From NCBI GenBank assembly GCA_030643245.1, contig DAOWME010000003.1:1-38224 (forward strand): a stretch of DNA of 38,224 nucleotides, in the 5' to 3' direction. This document shows, one piece after another, positions 27,679 to 37,415 of the stretch. This stretch comes from Deltaproteobacteria bacterium (lineage in GTDB: Bacteria; Desulfobacterota; UBA8473). The translations under genes were made by a program, and so were the position numbers. How positions within the stretch are numbered: position 1 is the stretch's first letter; every line of letters begins with the position of its first letter. The notes beneath the pieces were generated by a model, which did not search any database, was not told the origin of the DNA, and saw only the letters and a program-made list of their open reading frames with translations.

Positions 27679-28095
27679 TTATTGACACCCATTGATCGGT
27701 TCCTGTCGTTTCGTCACCAATGATTTAACCGGCAGGAAGACAGGACATGACCGGCAGAATTCCATCTTTTCCCCCCAATTTTTGTGGGCTATTCCCTGAC
27801 AAATCGTTCCGTTAATGAACCAGCATAAATGCCCAGAGTGAAATTCCCAGGCAGGACATTTTCTTTTCTTCTCAGGAGGACAATTTTCTACTTCCCAACA
27901 CAACCTCAATGGTGTTTCCTTTGCATGCTTCATGACAAGTAGATATAGTATCTGACGTTCTATATTGCTGGGGATCTTACGCCATCCCTGTTCAAAGCTC
28001 TGGACTGACCTCAGCGACACCCCCATAAGTTCAGCCATCTGTTTTTGGGTTTTATCCAGGTTCGAGCGTATGGTCAAGAATTCCTTGCTATCCAT
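27679..28095 (-). CDS. XRE-type HTH regulator with Cys/Trp-rich C-terminal domain
   Basis: TQKQMAELMGVSLRSVQSFEQG; CWE..C..CPAW..CW..GTIC..CRSC. The longer ORF call extends into a MITE. Confidence 0.85.
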   Translation of the reverse strand: MDSKEFLTIRSNLDKTQKQMAELMGVSLRSVQSFEQGWRKIPSNIERQILYLLVMKHAKETPLRLCWEVENCPPEKKRKCPAWEFHSGHLCWFINGTICQGIAHKNWGEKMEFCRSCPVFLPVKSLVTKRQEPINGCQ

Positions 28096-28168
28096 AATCA
28101 ACCGGTAAGGGAGATTAGTTTGCGTCCGCAAATTCTTTATACATCTGTGGGCTTTTCTCTTCGACTTA

Positions 28169-28372
28169 AGGACGGGGACGAAATAACTTCCCCATTTGTG
28201 CATCTCATCTTCAGGCCATCCCCCGATCGGGGTCGAGGACAGGCTTTGCCCGATCTTCAAACACAAAATCCTCAAAATAGTTCGACTATTCCTGCGGTTT
28301 TGCGTTTTCAGATCAAACAAATCTAACCTAAATCTGAGCGCCAACTTGAGGAAGTTACTTCGTCCCCGTCCC
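28169..28372 (+). mobile_element. MITE family A, copy 2 (complete; 24-bp insert at 28221-28244)
   Basis: TIRs aggacggggacgaaataacttcc / ggaagttacttcgtccccgtccc; flanks TTA and TAA. Confidence 0.9.
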
Positions 28373-28406
28373 TAAGGCTTTCAATACTTTTTCCCAGGGG
28401 GAACAT

Positions 28407-28991
28407 ATGTTTACCATTACCCTTTCCCAATACCTTATTCCACCGGTAATAGGCGGCATAATCGGCTGGTCAACAAACAAGCTGGCCATATGGATGCTCT
28501 TCAACCCGAAAAAGGAAAGAAGGGTTTTTGGCATTCGTATTCCGTTTACTCCCGGGTTGATACCCAGAGATCAAATGAGGATAGCGAGAAGCTTGGGAAG
28601 ACTCGTTGAAGAAAAGCTTATAGACTCGCAGGAGATACATGACAGGATTACAAGGGAAACTGTCAGCGGAAAGATTGAGGAGCTGATGGACAGAGCAGTG
28701 GAAAAGAATATGGGGAAACTCTACTTTCTTATCCCCGAGGCTGCCATGTGCCACGTAAAAAAGCTTGTGGCGCCAAAGATTTCTAGCTTGGTAAGGGATG
28801 AATTGCTGGGCTTCATAGATCTTATAAATTTCAGAGAGCTTGTCGAGGATAGAGTGACTAATTTTCCTTTGGCAGAGCTGGAAGAGGCGATTAGGGGCGT
28901 GGTCAAGAGGCATCTCACGCATATAACACTTCTTGGCGGTGTGTTGGGGGTTATGATTGGACTCGTACAGGTGGCGGTGAGTTTCATATGA
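28407..28991 (+). CDS. DUF445-like membrane-anchored protein
   Basis: GGIIGWSTNKLAIWMLF.P, PFTPGLIP; C-terminal LGGVLGVMIGLVQ. Confidence 0.85.
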   Translation: MFTITLSQYLIPPVIGGIIGWSTNKLAIWMLFNPKKERRVFGIRIPFTPGLIPRDQMRIARSLGRLVEEKLIDSQEIHDRITRETVSGKIEELMDRAVEKNMGKLYFLIPEAAMCHVKKLVAPKISSLVRDELLGFIDLINFRELVEDRVTNFPLAELEEAIRGVVKRHLTHITLLGGVLGVMIGLVQVAVSFI

Positions 28992-29007
28992 ATTTCGTCC
29001 CCGCCCC
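28992..29007 (+). repeat. Orphan right TIR of MITE family A
   Basis: atttcgtccccgcccc followed by TTA; 14/16 match to the reverse complement of the left TIR at 28169. Confidence 0.6.
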
Positions 29008-29036
29008 TTAACTTTAAAACCAATAGGGGAATCCTG

Positions 29037-30890
29037 ATGATAACAGTTGGGGTACTGACGATTAGTGATAAGGGAGCACGGGGAGAGAGGGAAGATAAGA
29101 GTGGTTTAGGGATAAGAAAGTTGGTAAAGAAACTGCCGGCAAGGGTAGATGCCTATGAAGTGATCCCCGATGAGAGGAATATCATAGCCAACAGGCTAAT
29201 CGATTATGTAGATAACAGGAAACTGGACCTCATTGTTACCACCGGTGGTACCGGGGTAGCCCCCAGGGATGTGACCCCCGACGCTACGTTGAGTATAATA
29301 GAGAAGGAAGTACCGGGGATGGCTGAGGCTATGAGACTGGAGGGGCTTAAGAAGACGTCCCATGCCATGATATCGAGGGCTGTAGTAGGAATTCGGAAGA
29401 GTTCACTTATCGTCAACCTTCCGGGTAGTCCAAAAGCTGTATCAGAAAATCTTAACGCAATCCTGGCCTCACTACCCCATGCAATCGCCAAGATAAAGGG
29501 AGACAACACCGAATGTGGCCCACGACAAGGCATGGAGGGGAAACGCGTTATGCCTGAAGGAAAGTCAAAGAAGAACATTAGAGAGATCTTTGAAAGTGCT
29601 GTTGCTGCAGTGAGGCCTAAGAAGGTCGTTAGTAGAAACGTTCAGTTAATGGATAGCCTGTCAGGAGTTAAACTGTTAATAGGCGGCACGGAATATGACC
29701 TTTCAGAATATCATAGGATACACGTGGTAGGTGCCGGAAAGGCAGCGTCTTCCATGGCCCTGTCAATGGAGGGGATCCTGGGAGAGAGGATCAGTGGGGG
29801 AACGGTTACCGTTAAATACGGGCACCTGGAAGAGTTAGACATAGTACATATCAATGAAGCAGGTCACCCGATTCCTGATGAGGCAGGGATAAAAGGCACC
29901 AGGGATATCCTTGAATTGGTAAAGGGGCTCACCAGCCATGATCTGGTAGTATGCCTGATCTCCGGAGGGGGGTCAGCCTTGATGCCACTACCCTGTGAAG
30001 GGATAAGCCTTGGAGAAAAACAGGATACAACCAGACTGCTTCTGGAATGCGGGGCAACAATAAACGAAATAAACGCCATAAGAAAACATATATCTCAGAT
30101 AAAAGGTGGCAAGCTTGCCGGATATGTATATCCCGCCACCTTGGTTTCCCTGATACTCTCCGATGTTATTGGTGACAGGTTAGACGTCATCGCTTCAGGG
30201 CCAACAGTCCCGGATGAAAGCACCTTCGAAGACTGCCTTAGGATCATAGAAAGATACGGGATCGAGAAGGAGATACCCAAATCAGTCCTGACACATCTCA
30301 CAGATGGATCAAAAGGGATCGTAGAAGAGACTCCAAAGCCAGGTGATGAGATCTTCAGCAAAACCAAAAACTTCGTTATTGGAAGTAACCTTCTGGCCAT
30401 TAATGAAGCAAGAATTCAATCGGAACGGATGGGGTATAATACCCTTATCCTCTCCACTTCCATTGAAGGGGAAACCAAGGATGTGGCCAAGGTACACGCA
30501 GCGATAGCAAGAGAGGTCTTGAACTCCGGGAATCCGTTGAAAAGGCCGGCATGTATCATATCCGGTGGGGAAACTACCGTCACCATCCAGGGCAAAGGCT
30601 TAGGAGGGAGAAACCAGGAGTTTGTGTTAGCTGCCGCTATGGAGATCGACGGATTAGAGGGTGTAACCATTTTAAGCGGGGGGACGGATGGTACTGATGG
30701 CCCAACAGATGCGGCCGGGGCTATTGCCGATGCCCATACCATCGAAAGGGCAAAAAAAGCGAAGATGGATCCCTATTTATACCTTAGAAACAACGATTCC
30801 TATCACTTTTTTCAGAAATTGGACGATCTACTCCTCACAGGTCCCACCAATACAAATGTAATGGATCTCCGATTAATGATAGTGGAGTGA
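29037..30890 (+). CDS. MogA/MoaB domain fused in frame to a glycerate kinase type 2 (MOFRL) domain
   Basis: N-terminal TISD, TTGGTG.APRDVTP, NLPGSPKA. C-terminal GAGKA, AGHPIPD, ISGGGSAL, GGETTV, GGRNQE, TDGTDG, TGPTNTNVMD. Confidence 0.85.
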   Translation: MITVGVLTISDKGARGEREDKSGLGIRKLVKKLPARVDAYEVIPDERNIIANRLIDYVDNRKLDLIVTTGGTGVAPRDVTPDATLSIIEKEVPGMAEAMRLEGLKKTSHAMISRAVVGIRKSSLIVNLPGSPKAVSENLNAILASLPHAIAKIKGDNTECGPRQGMEGKRVMPEGKSKKNIREIFESAVAAVRPKKVVSRNVQLMDSLSGVKLLIGGTEYDLSEYHRIHVVGAGKAASSMALSMEGILGERISGGTVTVKYGHLEELDIVHINEAGHPIPDEAGIKGTRDILELVKGLTSHDLVVCLISGGGSALMPLPCEGISLGEKQDTTRLLLECGATINEINAIRKHISQIKGGKLAGYVYPATLVSLILSDVIGDRLDVIASGPTVPDESTFEDCLRIIERYGIEKEIPKSVLTHLTDGSKGIVEETPKPGDEIFSKTKNFVIGSNLLAINEARIQSERMGYNTLILSTSIEGETKDVAKVHAAIAREVLNSGNPLKRPACIISGGETTVTIQGKGLGGRNQEFVLAAAMEIDGLEGVTILSGGTDGTDGPTDAAGAIADAHTIERAKKAKMDPYLYLRNNDSYHFFQKLDDLLLTGPTNTNVMDLRLMIVE

Positions 30891-31031
30891 TATAGGCCGG
30901 ATGGGATACCCTCTTTAGCGGGGATAGAGCGGGGATAGTAGAGCAGGATAGGGGACGTCCGGAAAGCGCCGGGATAAACAGGCATAGAGTATGGGATGAA
31001 AGAGCCCTACATGAAAGGAGTAGCTGAACCA

Positions 31032-31292
31032 TCATGGCCCCGAGCTATGCGTCGATGACAAGTAATGACATGGCGAAGCGTAACGGTTGACGCACGGGTA
31101 CCGCTTTGAATCCGGCTTACCCTGTTCATCTGTATTGAACTCCCACACAGAAAGGGTAAAATAGTCATTTTCTTCCCATCCGTCTTGCCCTATAAGACCG
31201 GCTGTTGATGTCCCCACAAAAAAAAGCGCGGCCAGGCACAGGACAAGAGAAGCGGAATGTTTTTTTATAAGGTAGCCTCTTCTATTTCTCAT
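31032..31292 (-). CDS. Small secreted hypothetical protein (possibly truncated)
   Basis: ATG overlaps the chelatase end; basic N-terminus plus hydrophobic signal-like stretch (SLVLCLAALFFVGTSTA). Confidence 0.5.
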   Translation of the reverse strand: MRNRRGYLIKKHSASLVLCLAALFFVGTSTAGLIGQDGWEENDYFTLSVWEFNTDEQGKPDSKRYPCVNRYASPCHYLSSTHSSGP

Positions 31293-34200
31293 CGCTTCTC
31301 TCTTCAAGGATACCTTCTACCTCAAGGTATGCATCCAATAACCTCTCTCTTTCTTCATCGTTTGGTTGCCAATAACCCCTCTTGTCTGTCTCCCAAAGCC
31401 TTTTAATGATCTGTGAGGTTGCAAACGGGTTGTTTTCCAGGAGGCGTTTCCGCATCTCCTCATCAAATATGTATCGTTTTGCGATGTCACTGAAGACCCA
31501 GCTTTCAACCTTACCGGTGGTTGCTGCAAGGCCAAGGATATACTCAACTCTGTCGGATATCTTCTGTGCACCATGAAACTTATGCTCCAGCATCCCGTCT
31601 ATCCATTTTGGGTTCAGTATCCTCGCCCTCATGGATTTCTCTATGGGCTTCTTTATATCTTCCACCTGTATAAGCTCTTTGGTGGTATCGGCGATCAACA
31701 TCCGGGGCTTTTCGCCCTTCACCGATTCTATGGATTTGGCCAACCCTCCGAAGAACTCATAGTAGTGATCGAGCTCGGTTATCTCTAATTCATGCGTATC
31801 CCTCACCTGGGTGATGAGATCGACCCTCGATAGGAGGGTCTCAAAGACCTCCTTTGCAGATTCGGCATTCACATTCTCCCCGTAACCGTACTGCATGCTG
31901 TCAAGATAGGATCGAGAAAGTTCACTCTCATCCTCCCAGCGGGAGGTTTCAATAAGGGTCGTCATGGAAGTGGCATATTCACCCCTGCCAGGCCCGAAGA
32001 TGCGCAAGTAAGAAAGGTCTTTATCCTCCTTGGGACTTAGTTTTGCGGCTATCTCTTGAGAGTGTTTCTTAACCATGTTAATCTCAGGCGGTTCCTGGAG
32101 GGACGAAACGAGTTTGAACGCCTCACTCAGGAAGTCGATCAGGTTGGGCAGGGTGTCGCGGAATATACCACAGATGGTCACGACCACATCTATCCTCGGT
32201 CTTTTTAGTATGTCCAGGGGGATGACCTCCAAACCTGTGAACCATGGGCCGCTCTTTCTTACTGCCTTAAGCCCGAGGTATTGCAGGATCTGACCTATGG
32301 TTTCGCCCCTGGTCTTCACGGTTTCGAAACCCCAAAGCACCACGCTAACTGTCTCAGGATATCTGCCTTCGGTCTTCATGTATTCGGCGATAGAGGCTTC
32401 AGCGATCTCTGCCCCGCGCCTGCATGCGGCGCTGCTTGGAATCAGCCGGGGATCGAACTGGTACATGTTACATCCCGTTGGAAATACCTCCGGTGTCCTT
32501 ATGGGGTCTCCGCCGATATTCGGCAGAGTATACCTGGAGGAAAGGGCGCTCAAAAAAGCCTCTATCTCCTTGCTGTTCTTTATATTCGTATAAAGATCAC
32601 CAATATAGTCAAATACTGTCTTAACCCTTTTTCTGAAACTCCTGGGGACTGTCAGCAGCAGTTGCTCATCCGCATGGCCTTCCACCTTCTTTCCAACCAG
32701 TTCTTTCACCTGGTCTTCTATCTCCGCCAGAATCTCGTCGTGGCATCCGCCTTCTTTAACTTCACCGGGGTTTTGAAGCAATTCCTCATAAGTGAACCCC
32801 CTTGCTTCAGCCACTATCCGGTGTAGAGATTCCACCTCTCTGTCGTATCTCAAGATGAAGGTGATCAACTCGATAAGCTCTTCTTTCGAGTAAGCCTCTC
32901 CCAGAATATGGAGTCCTCTTGGGATGATAGATCTCTTTACCTCAAAGAGTGTGCCCTGGATCTCCTCTATGGAAGTATCTTCCATGTTGAGGTCTTTTGC
33001 TTTTCCACGAATCTCTTCTGATACCCTGTCCGCCCTCACGGGATCCTGGACTCTCGCTTCGTAGTATTCATGGATGAGTTCTTCTAAGTATACGAGTTCT
33101 TCATAGAGGCCTGAAGTTGTAAATGAAGGGGTCTGGTGGTTTACAATGGTGGCGTAGCTCCTTCTTTTTGCGATCGTTGCTTCGGAAGAGTTGGTGACCC
33201 AGTAGACATATATATGGGGCATATCCCCTATCAGGATATCGGGCAGGCAAGACGACGATAGACCAACCTCTTTTCCCCTAGTAAATTCAAGGGTTCCATG
33301 GGTACCCACATGAACAAGGGCATCGGCCTGGAACTCCCTGTCGATCCAGCGATAGAACGCAAGATACTGATGATGGGGGGGGAGATCGCGGTCATGGTAG
33401 GATCTTCCTTCGTCTTCATGTACCCCCCTGGAAGGTTGAATGCCGATGAAGATATTCCCCAGGATGATACCCGGGATCAAAATACCGTGCCTATCGGTCA
33501 TTATCTCCCCGGGCGGGTCACCCCATTTCTCAACCATCTCATCCTGTATACCTTCAGGAAGATCATTAAACCATTTCACATACTTCTTGACCGGTACCCT
33601 TAACCCACGTCCTGCTTCCTCCGAACACCACTGGGGGGAGTTGACGATCCCTTTCTCCAAAAGGAGATCGCTCATATCTCCCTCGGGGATTTCCACAAGA
33701 TACCCCTCGCTTTTCAATGCAGAAAGGATCTTCCTCAAACTTGAAAAGACATCGAGATAGCTGGCGTTGCCGAGGTTGTGTTCTCCAGGTGGGTAGTCGT
33801 AGATGATCAAGGCTATCCTCTTCTCCCTGTTTTCCTTCTCTTGCAAAGAAAGCCTGTTCTTTAGGCGGTTGCAAAACCTCTCCAAGCGATTGTCTATGGA
33901 AGAGGGTGTCTTCACCTCACTTTGAATATCCTCGCTGAACCCGGCATTCATAAGTCCGCTCAAGACCATAGGCTCGATACAGCCATCAAGCTCCCTGAGG
34001 GCCACGGCTATGACCACCTCGATGGGGGAGAGGCCTATCTCTGATTCTTTCCATCTCTCTATCTCGCTTTGATACATGTGGACCGGTCCGAATACGGGAC
34101 AATTCAAGCCTCTCAACATCTCAAGGGTGGGCATGGGGTCTCCGCCGAGCGGCCCGCCATTGATTCTGAAGTACTGAAGGTTTATAACGGCATCTACGAA

Positions 34201-35061
34201 GGGTTTGCCATCTTTGAAGAAGAAAGAGTCTATTGCTTCCAGGTTTGTCATGACATCAGAAAAAACAGGTACAGTGGCGACCTCTGGCTCGAGTTTTTTT
34301 ATCAAGGCATTGACCACTGGAAGGCAATCATCGAAGTGCATCCCGCCATAGAAGAATATGCCCACCTTAGGTTTGCTGTCAAGCAAATCATGGATTTGCT
34401 CAAATTCATCGATCTTTGAAAAAAACCTGTCGTACCTGGGATGATAGATCCCCGCCTTTGGTGGGATCACTGGCGGATCAAACTTGATCCTTTTCTTTCC
34501 GCCATACTCCCTGGCTAAAAGAAGGAGGAGGTTCTTGAGGTTCTGTTTGCCTCCATACTGCCAGTAATCGATGGCAAAGGCCCAGTTTCGCGCGTGTCTT
34601 ATGGTCCCAAAAGGAAGGATCTTGCCTGTCTTCTTGATCAATTCCATAATCTTCAGACCCGTGGATATGTCTATCCTGTCCACGTCAAAACCTATATCAG
34701 GTTGTCTCTCGAATATCTTACGGGCGTTGAAACTCCCCATCTTCGTGAGAGAGAGGATTTCCGTGGTCCCCCCACAGAGTGTCAAAATGGTTTTATCATT
34801 CCGGGTCAGGGATTCCATAGCCATCTTTGCCCCGCGGGTTTGTCCCCTCATGTCGAGAAGGACGATATCCGCCGCGTTAAGGTCTTCTTTCAACCGGTCT
34901 TCATCGACAAGTCCCGTATCCAACTCGTGGAGGTAGTAGTTTCTTAAGGCCACGATATCCCCATGGTCAGCCCTTATCTCCTCCAAGGCCGAGGCCAGGG
35001 AGCCTGTAGTGCACATGGTCGTTATGAGTACGATTCTGGTCTCTCTCTCTTTATTATTCAT
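31282..35061 (-). CDS. CobN/magnesium chelatase H-family large subunit
   Basis: 1259 aa; YPPG, GIQPSRG, PPHHQYLAFY, HVGTHGTLEF, EATIAKRRS, PTGCN, RPRIDV, LNPKWIDGMLEH. Confidence 0.92.
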   Translation of the reverse strand: MNNKERETRIVLITTMCTTGSLASALEEIRADHGDIVALRNYYLHELDTGLVDEDRLKEDLNAADIVLLDMRGQTRGAKMAMESLTRNDKTILTLCGGTTEILSLTKMGSFNARKIFERQPDIGFDVDRIDISTGLKIMELIKKTGKILPFGTIRHARNWAFAIDYWQYGGKQNLKNLLLLLAREYGGKKRIKFDPPVIPPKAGIYHPRYDRFFSKIDEFEQIHDLLDSKPKVGIFFYGGMHFDDCLPVVNALIKKLEPEVATVPVFSDVMTNLEAIDSFFFKDGKPFVDAVINLQYFRINGGPLGGDPMPTLEMLRGLNCPVFGPVHMYQSEIERWKESEIGLSPIEVVIAVALRELDGCIEPMVLSGLMNAGFSEDIQSEVKTPSSIDNRLERFCNRLKNRLSLQEKENREKRIALIIYDYPPGEHNLGNASYLDVFSSLRKILSALKSEGYLVEIPEGDMSDLLLEKGIVNSPQWCSEEAGRGLRVPVKKYVKWFNDLPEGIQDEMVEKWGDPPGEIMTDRHGILIPGIILGNIFIGIQPSRGVHEDEGRSYHDRDLPPHHQYLAFYRWIDREFQADALVHVGTHGTLEFTRGKEVGLSSSCLPDILIGDMPHIYVYWVTNSSEATIAKRRSYATIVNHQTPSFTTSGLYEELVYLEELIHEYYEARVQDPVRADRVSEEIRGKAKDLNMEDTSIEEIQGTLFEVKRSIIPRGLHILGEAYSKEELIELITFILRYDREVESLHRIVAEARGFTYEELLQNPGEVKEGGCHDEILAEIEDQVKELVGKKVEGHADEQLLLTVPRSFRKRVKTVFDYIGDLYTNIKNSKEIEAFLSALSSRYTLPNIGGDPIRTPEVFPTGCNMYQFDPRLIPSSAACRRGAEIAEASIAEYMKTEGRYPETVSVVLWGFETVKTRGETIGQILQYLGLKAVRKSGPWFTGLEVIPLDILKRPRIDVVVTICGIFRDTLPNLIDFLSEAFKLVSSLQEPPEINMVKKHSQEIAAKLSPKEDKDLSYLRIFGPGRGEYATSMTTLIETSRWEDESELSRSYLDSMQYGYGENVNAESAKEVFETLLSRVDLITQVRDTHELEITELDHYYEFFGGLAKSIESVKGEKPRMLIADTTKELIQVEDIKKPIEKSMRARILNPKWIDGMLEHKFHGAQKISDRVEYILGLAATTGKVESWVFSDIAKRYIFDEEMRKRLLENNPFATSQIIKRLWETDKRGYWQPNDEERERLLDAYLEVEGILEERSDEK

Positions 35062-35093
35062 CTTCTCTCTTCTCTCTTCTCAGAACTCGTCCT

Positions 35094-37382
35094 TTACATC
35101 TTAAGATTCAGGCTGAACACAAAGTTTCTCCCCGGTTGAATAAAAGAGTCATCCCATCCGTACATACAGGTCATCGGAAATGATCTGTATTTCTGATTCG
35201 TAAGGTTCTTCACTGCAAATGTCAGGCTGACATCTTGAAAGATCATAAATGACTGACACTTTAACCCCGTTCTGAAGTCATAGACCTCGAAGGCCGGGGT
35301 CTTTGATCTCTCTGTCCAGTCATCCGGGATTCTGTGCTGCCTGTCATAGATCCTTGAGCATAGTTCCGCCCAAAGTCTGCCGTCCAGAGGTCTTATGTCC
35401 TCGGTTTCATACCTGATGCCGAGAATTGTTTTGAGCGGCGGTATCCCTTCCAGAGGATCTTTTTGTATCTTGTCCTTGCCCCTGGCATAACTTATGGTGG
35501 AAAAAGCAGACCAGTTTGTCGAAACCTGGAAATCAAGGGTTGCTTCTATCCCCCGGATCTCTACCTCTCCTATGTTGTCAAAGGTGAGTACTGCCGTTTG
35601 ATCGGTCGGAACCATTAGTATGTAATCATCTATTTTATTAACGAAGCCTGTAATGCTTGCAGAGAAATCAGGATACAACATCTTGATGCCTGCCTCGTAA
35701 TTAATGCTCTCTTCTGAGTTTATCTCAGGGTTGCCCCTCAATTGGGCGCCTCCAGGCACGGCTCCAACGTAGAACCTCTCTTCCAGTGAGGGAGCCCTGA
35801 ACCCTTTTGAGAATGATCCCGTAAGGTTAATCCCGTCAGAAAGAGAGAACAGGAGGCCGATTCCGCCGGTTACGGAATCGTCTTCACTCTCTTCTTTGAT
35901 CAAATTATCCTTTGTGCGGTAGTGGTCATACCTCCCGCCGAGGGTTATCCATAAGCCATCAAATACCTCTATCTCATCTTGAACGTAAAACGCTGTGTTG
36001 TCGAAACTCCCGTCCACAAGGTCGCCTTGCGTATGTATCTCGGAGAACTGAGGAGGTAGATCCAGTCCCATGGATCCAGCAAACTGGATTACGTCTTCAA
36101 GTAGGGGTCGGGGAATGGTAAATCCCATGATTGAAATATCAACGTTCATCTCAGACGGGGCCTTGGCCTCGTCTCTGTAATATTCCATGCCGACCGTCAA
36201 CACTTGAAGGCGGATAAAATCCAACGTTGAGAGGCCTCTCGCCTGGGCGCTGTAGGTATCTGTTTCGAGATTGCCTTGAAGTACGACATTTATGTTTCCC
36301 GGCATAAGATGAGGAAAGATTGTGGTCGTATTGATATACTCCATCCTCTCCTTCTGAAAATGGGCGCTAAAATCTAATGAATCCAGCCAGAAAAAAGGAT
36401 CCCTGAACTCATAATTGAGGGTGTATGTTTCGCGATCAGCACGAGGTATATCAAAGATGCAATCAACGTCTGTTACAAGCGTCATGCCGAACATCTCCTC
36501 TTCGACATCTTTCATCTTGGTCAGGGGGGTCTCCATCTCCCCCTTAAAACTATTCACGGAAACCGCAATCGATTGCTGATCATTTATAAGATAACTGGTG
36601 TGAAGATCAATGCTGGTGTCTTTATAACTACTATGATCAAGTATTCCTTCTGGGGTTTTTACATCCCCGGACTCCTTTCTTGTTACGCCTACAAGCGAAT
36701 TGAATCCTTTTCCTCCAAACTCGAATTCTATTCTGCCGGATCTCAGGTCATTTACGCCTGCATATTTTGTGGAAAGGTTAGTGTCAAAATAGGCATGCTC
36801 GCCCTTTTGCGATTTCTTTGTGATTATGTTGATAACACCGCCCATGGCTCCGGAGCCGTAGAGAACAGTCGCTGGTCCGTGAAGCACCTCTATCCTCTCT
36901 ATCTGGCTGACATCGATCTCATTAAGATAGACTCCCCCTGTTAGAGAACTCACATGGGAATTCCACCGCTTTCCGTCAAGCAGCACAAGCACCCTGTTAG
37001 CGGAAAGTCCTCTGATTCTGGCTTTGGTGATTCCAGGTGTACCATCATGATGAATTTCAACACCGGCAACAGTCTTCAGTAGATCTCCAATATTCGCGGG
37101 GGATGTCCTCTCTATCTCTTCTCTGTCGATAACGGTGACAGACATGGGTGTATCGAATGTCGACTTTTCATATTTTGTGGCTGTTACAACTATATCATCA
37201 AGTTTGAGCGCCTTTGTCTTATTTGGCTCCTCTTTTGCTGCGTCCGGGGTCGAGGAACCTTCCATATGGGTACCATCTTTTGTGCCCGGCGCCTCAAGCA
37301 CTTCCGCGGCTGAGACCGAGAAGCTGAGTATAAGGAATACAAGTGTGGCCATCACGAAGTCTGTTATTGGTCTTCTTGTCAA
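35094..37382 (-). CDS. TonB-dependent outer-membrane receptor (heme/tetrapyrrole type)
   Basis: TonB box DIVVTAT; plug motifs IRGL..VLVLLDG and IERIEVLHGP..LYG; FRAP and NPEI motifs; PGRNF. Likely TTG start at 37382 after RBS GAGGAG, giving a signal peptide. Confidence 0.93.
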   Translation of the reverse strand: MTRRPITDFVMATLVFLILSFSVSAAEVLEAPGTKDGTHMEGSSTPDAAKEEPNKTKALKLDDIVVTATKYEKSTFDTPMSVTVIDREEIERTSPANIGDLLKTVAGVEIHHDGTPGITKARIRGLSANRVLVLLDGKRWNSHVSSLTGGVYLNEIDVSQIERIEVLHGPATVLYGSGAMGGVINIITKKSQKGEHAYFDTNLSTKYAGVNDLRSGRIEFEFGGKGFNSLVGVTRKESGDVKTPEGILDHSSYKDTSIDLHTSYLINDQQSIAVSVNSFKGEMETPLTKMKDVEEEMFGMTLVTDVDCIFDIPRADRETYTLNYEFRDPFFWLDSLDFSAHFQKERMEYINTTTIFPHLMPGNINVVLQGNLETDTYSAQARGLSTLDFIRLQVLTVGMEYYRDEAKAPSEMNVDISIMGFTIPRPLLEDVIQFAGSMGLDLPPQFSEIHTQGDLVDGSFDNTAFYVQDEIEVFDGLWITLGGRYDHYRTKDNLIKEESEDDSVTGGIGLLFSLSDGINLTGSFSKGFRAPSLEERFYVGAVPGGAQLRGNPEINSEESINYEAGIKMLYPDFSASITGFVNKIDDYILMVPTDQTAVLTFDNIGEVEIRGIEATLDFQVSTNWSAFSTISYARGKDKIQKDPLEGIPPLKTILGIRYETEDIRPLDGRLWAELCSRIYDRQHRIPDDWTERSKTPAFEVYDFRTGLKCQSFMIFQDVSLTFAVKNLTNQKYRSFPMTCMYGWDDSFIQPGRNFVFSLNLKM

Positions 37383-37415
37383 TTCAATCTCCTCTAAATA
37401 GGTCATTCCGTCTAA

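Noticed and set aside
28096-28344. N-terminal extension of the HTH ORF and the overlapping ORF 28045-28326
   Set aside because: Both derive largely from MITE copy 2. The HTH domain starts at ATG 28095.
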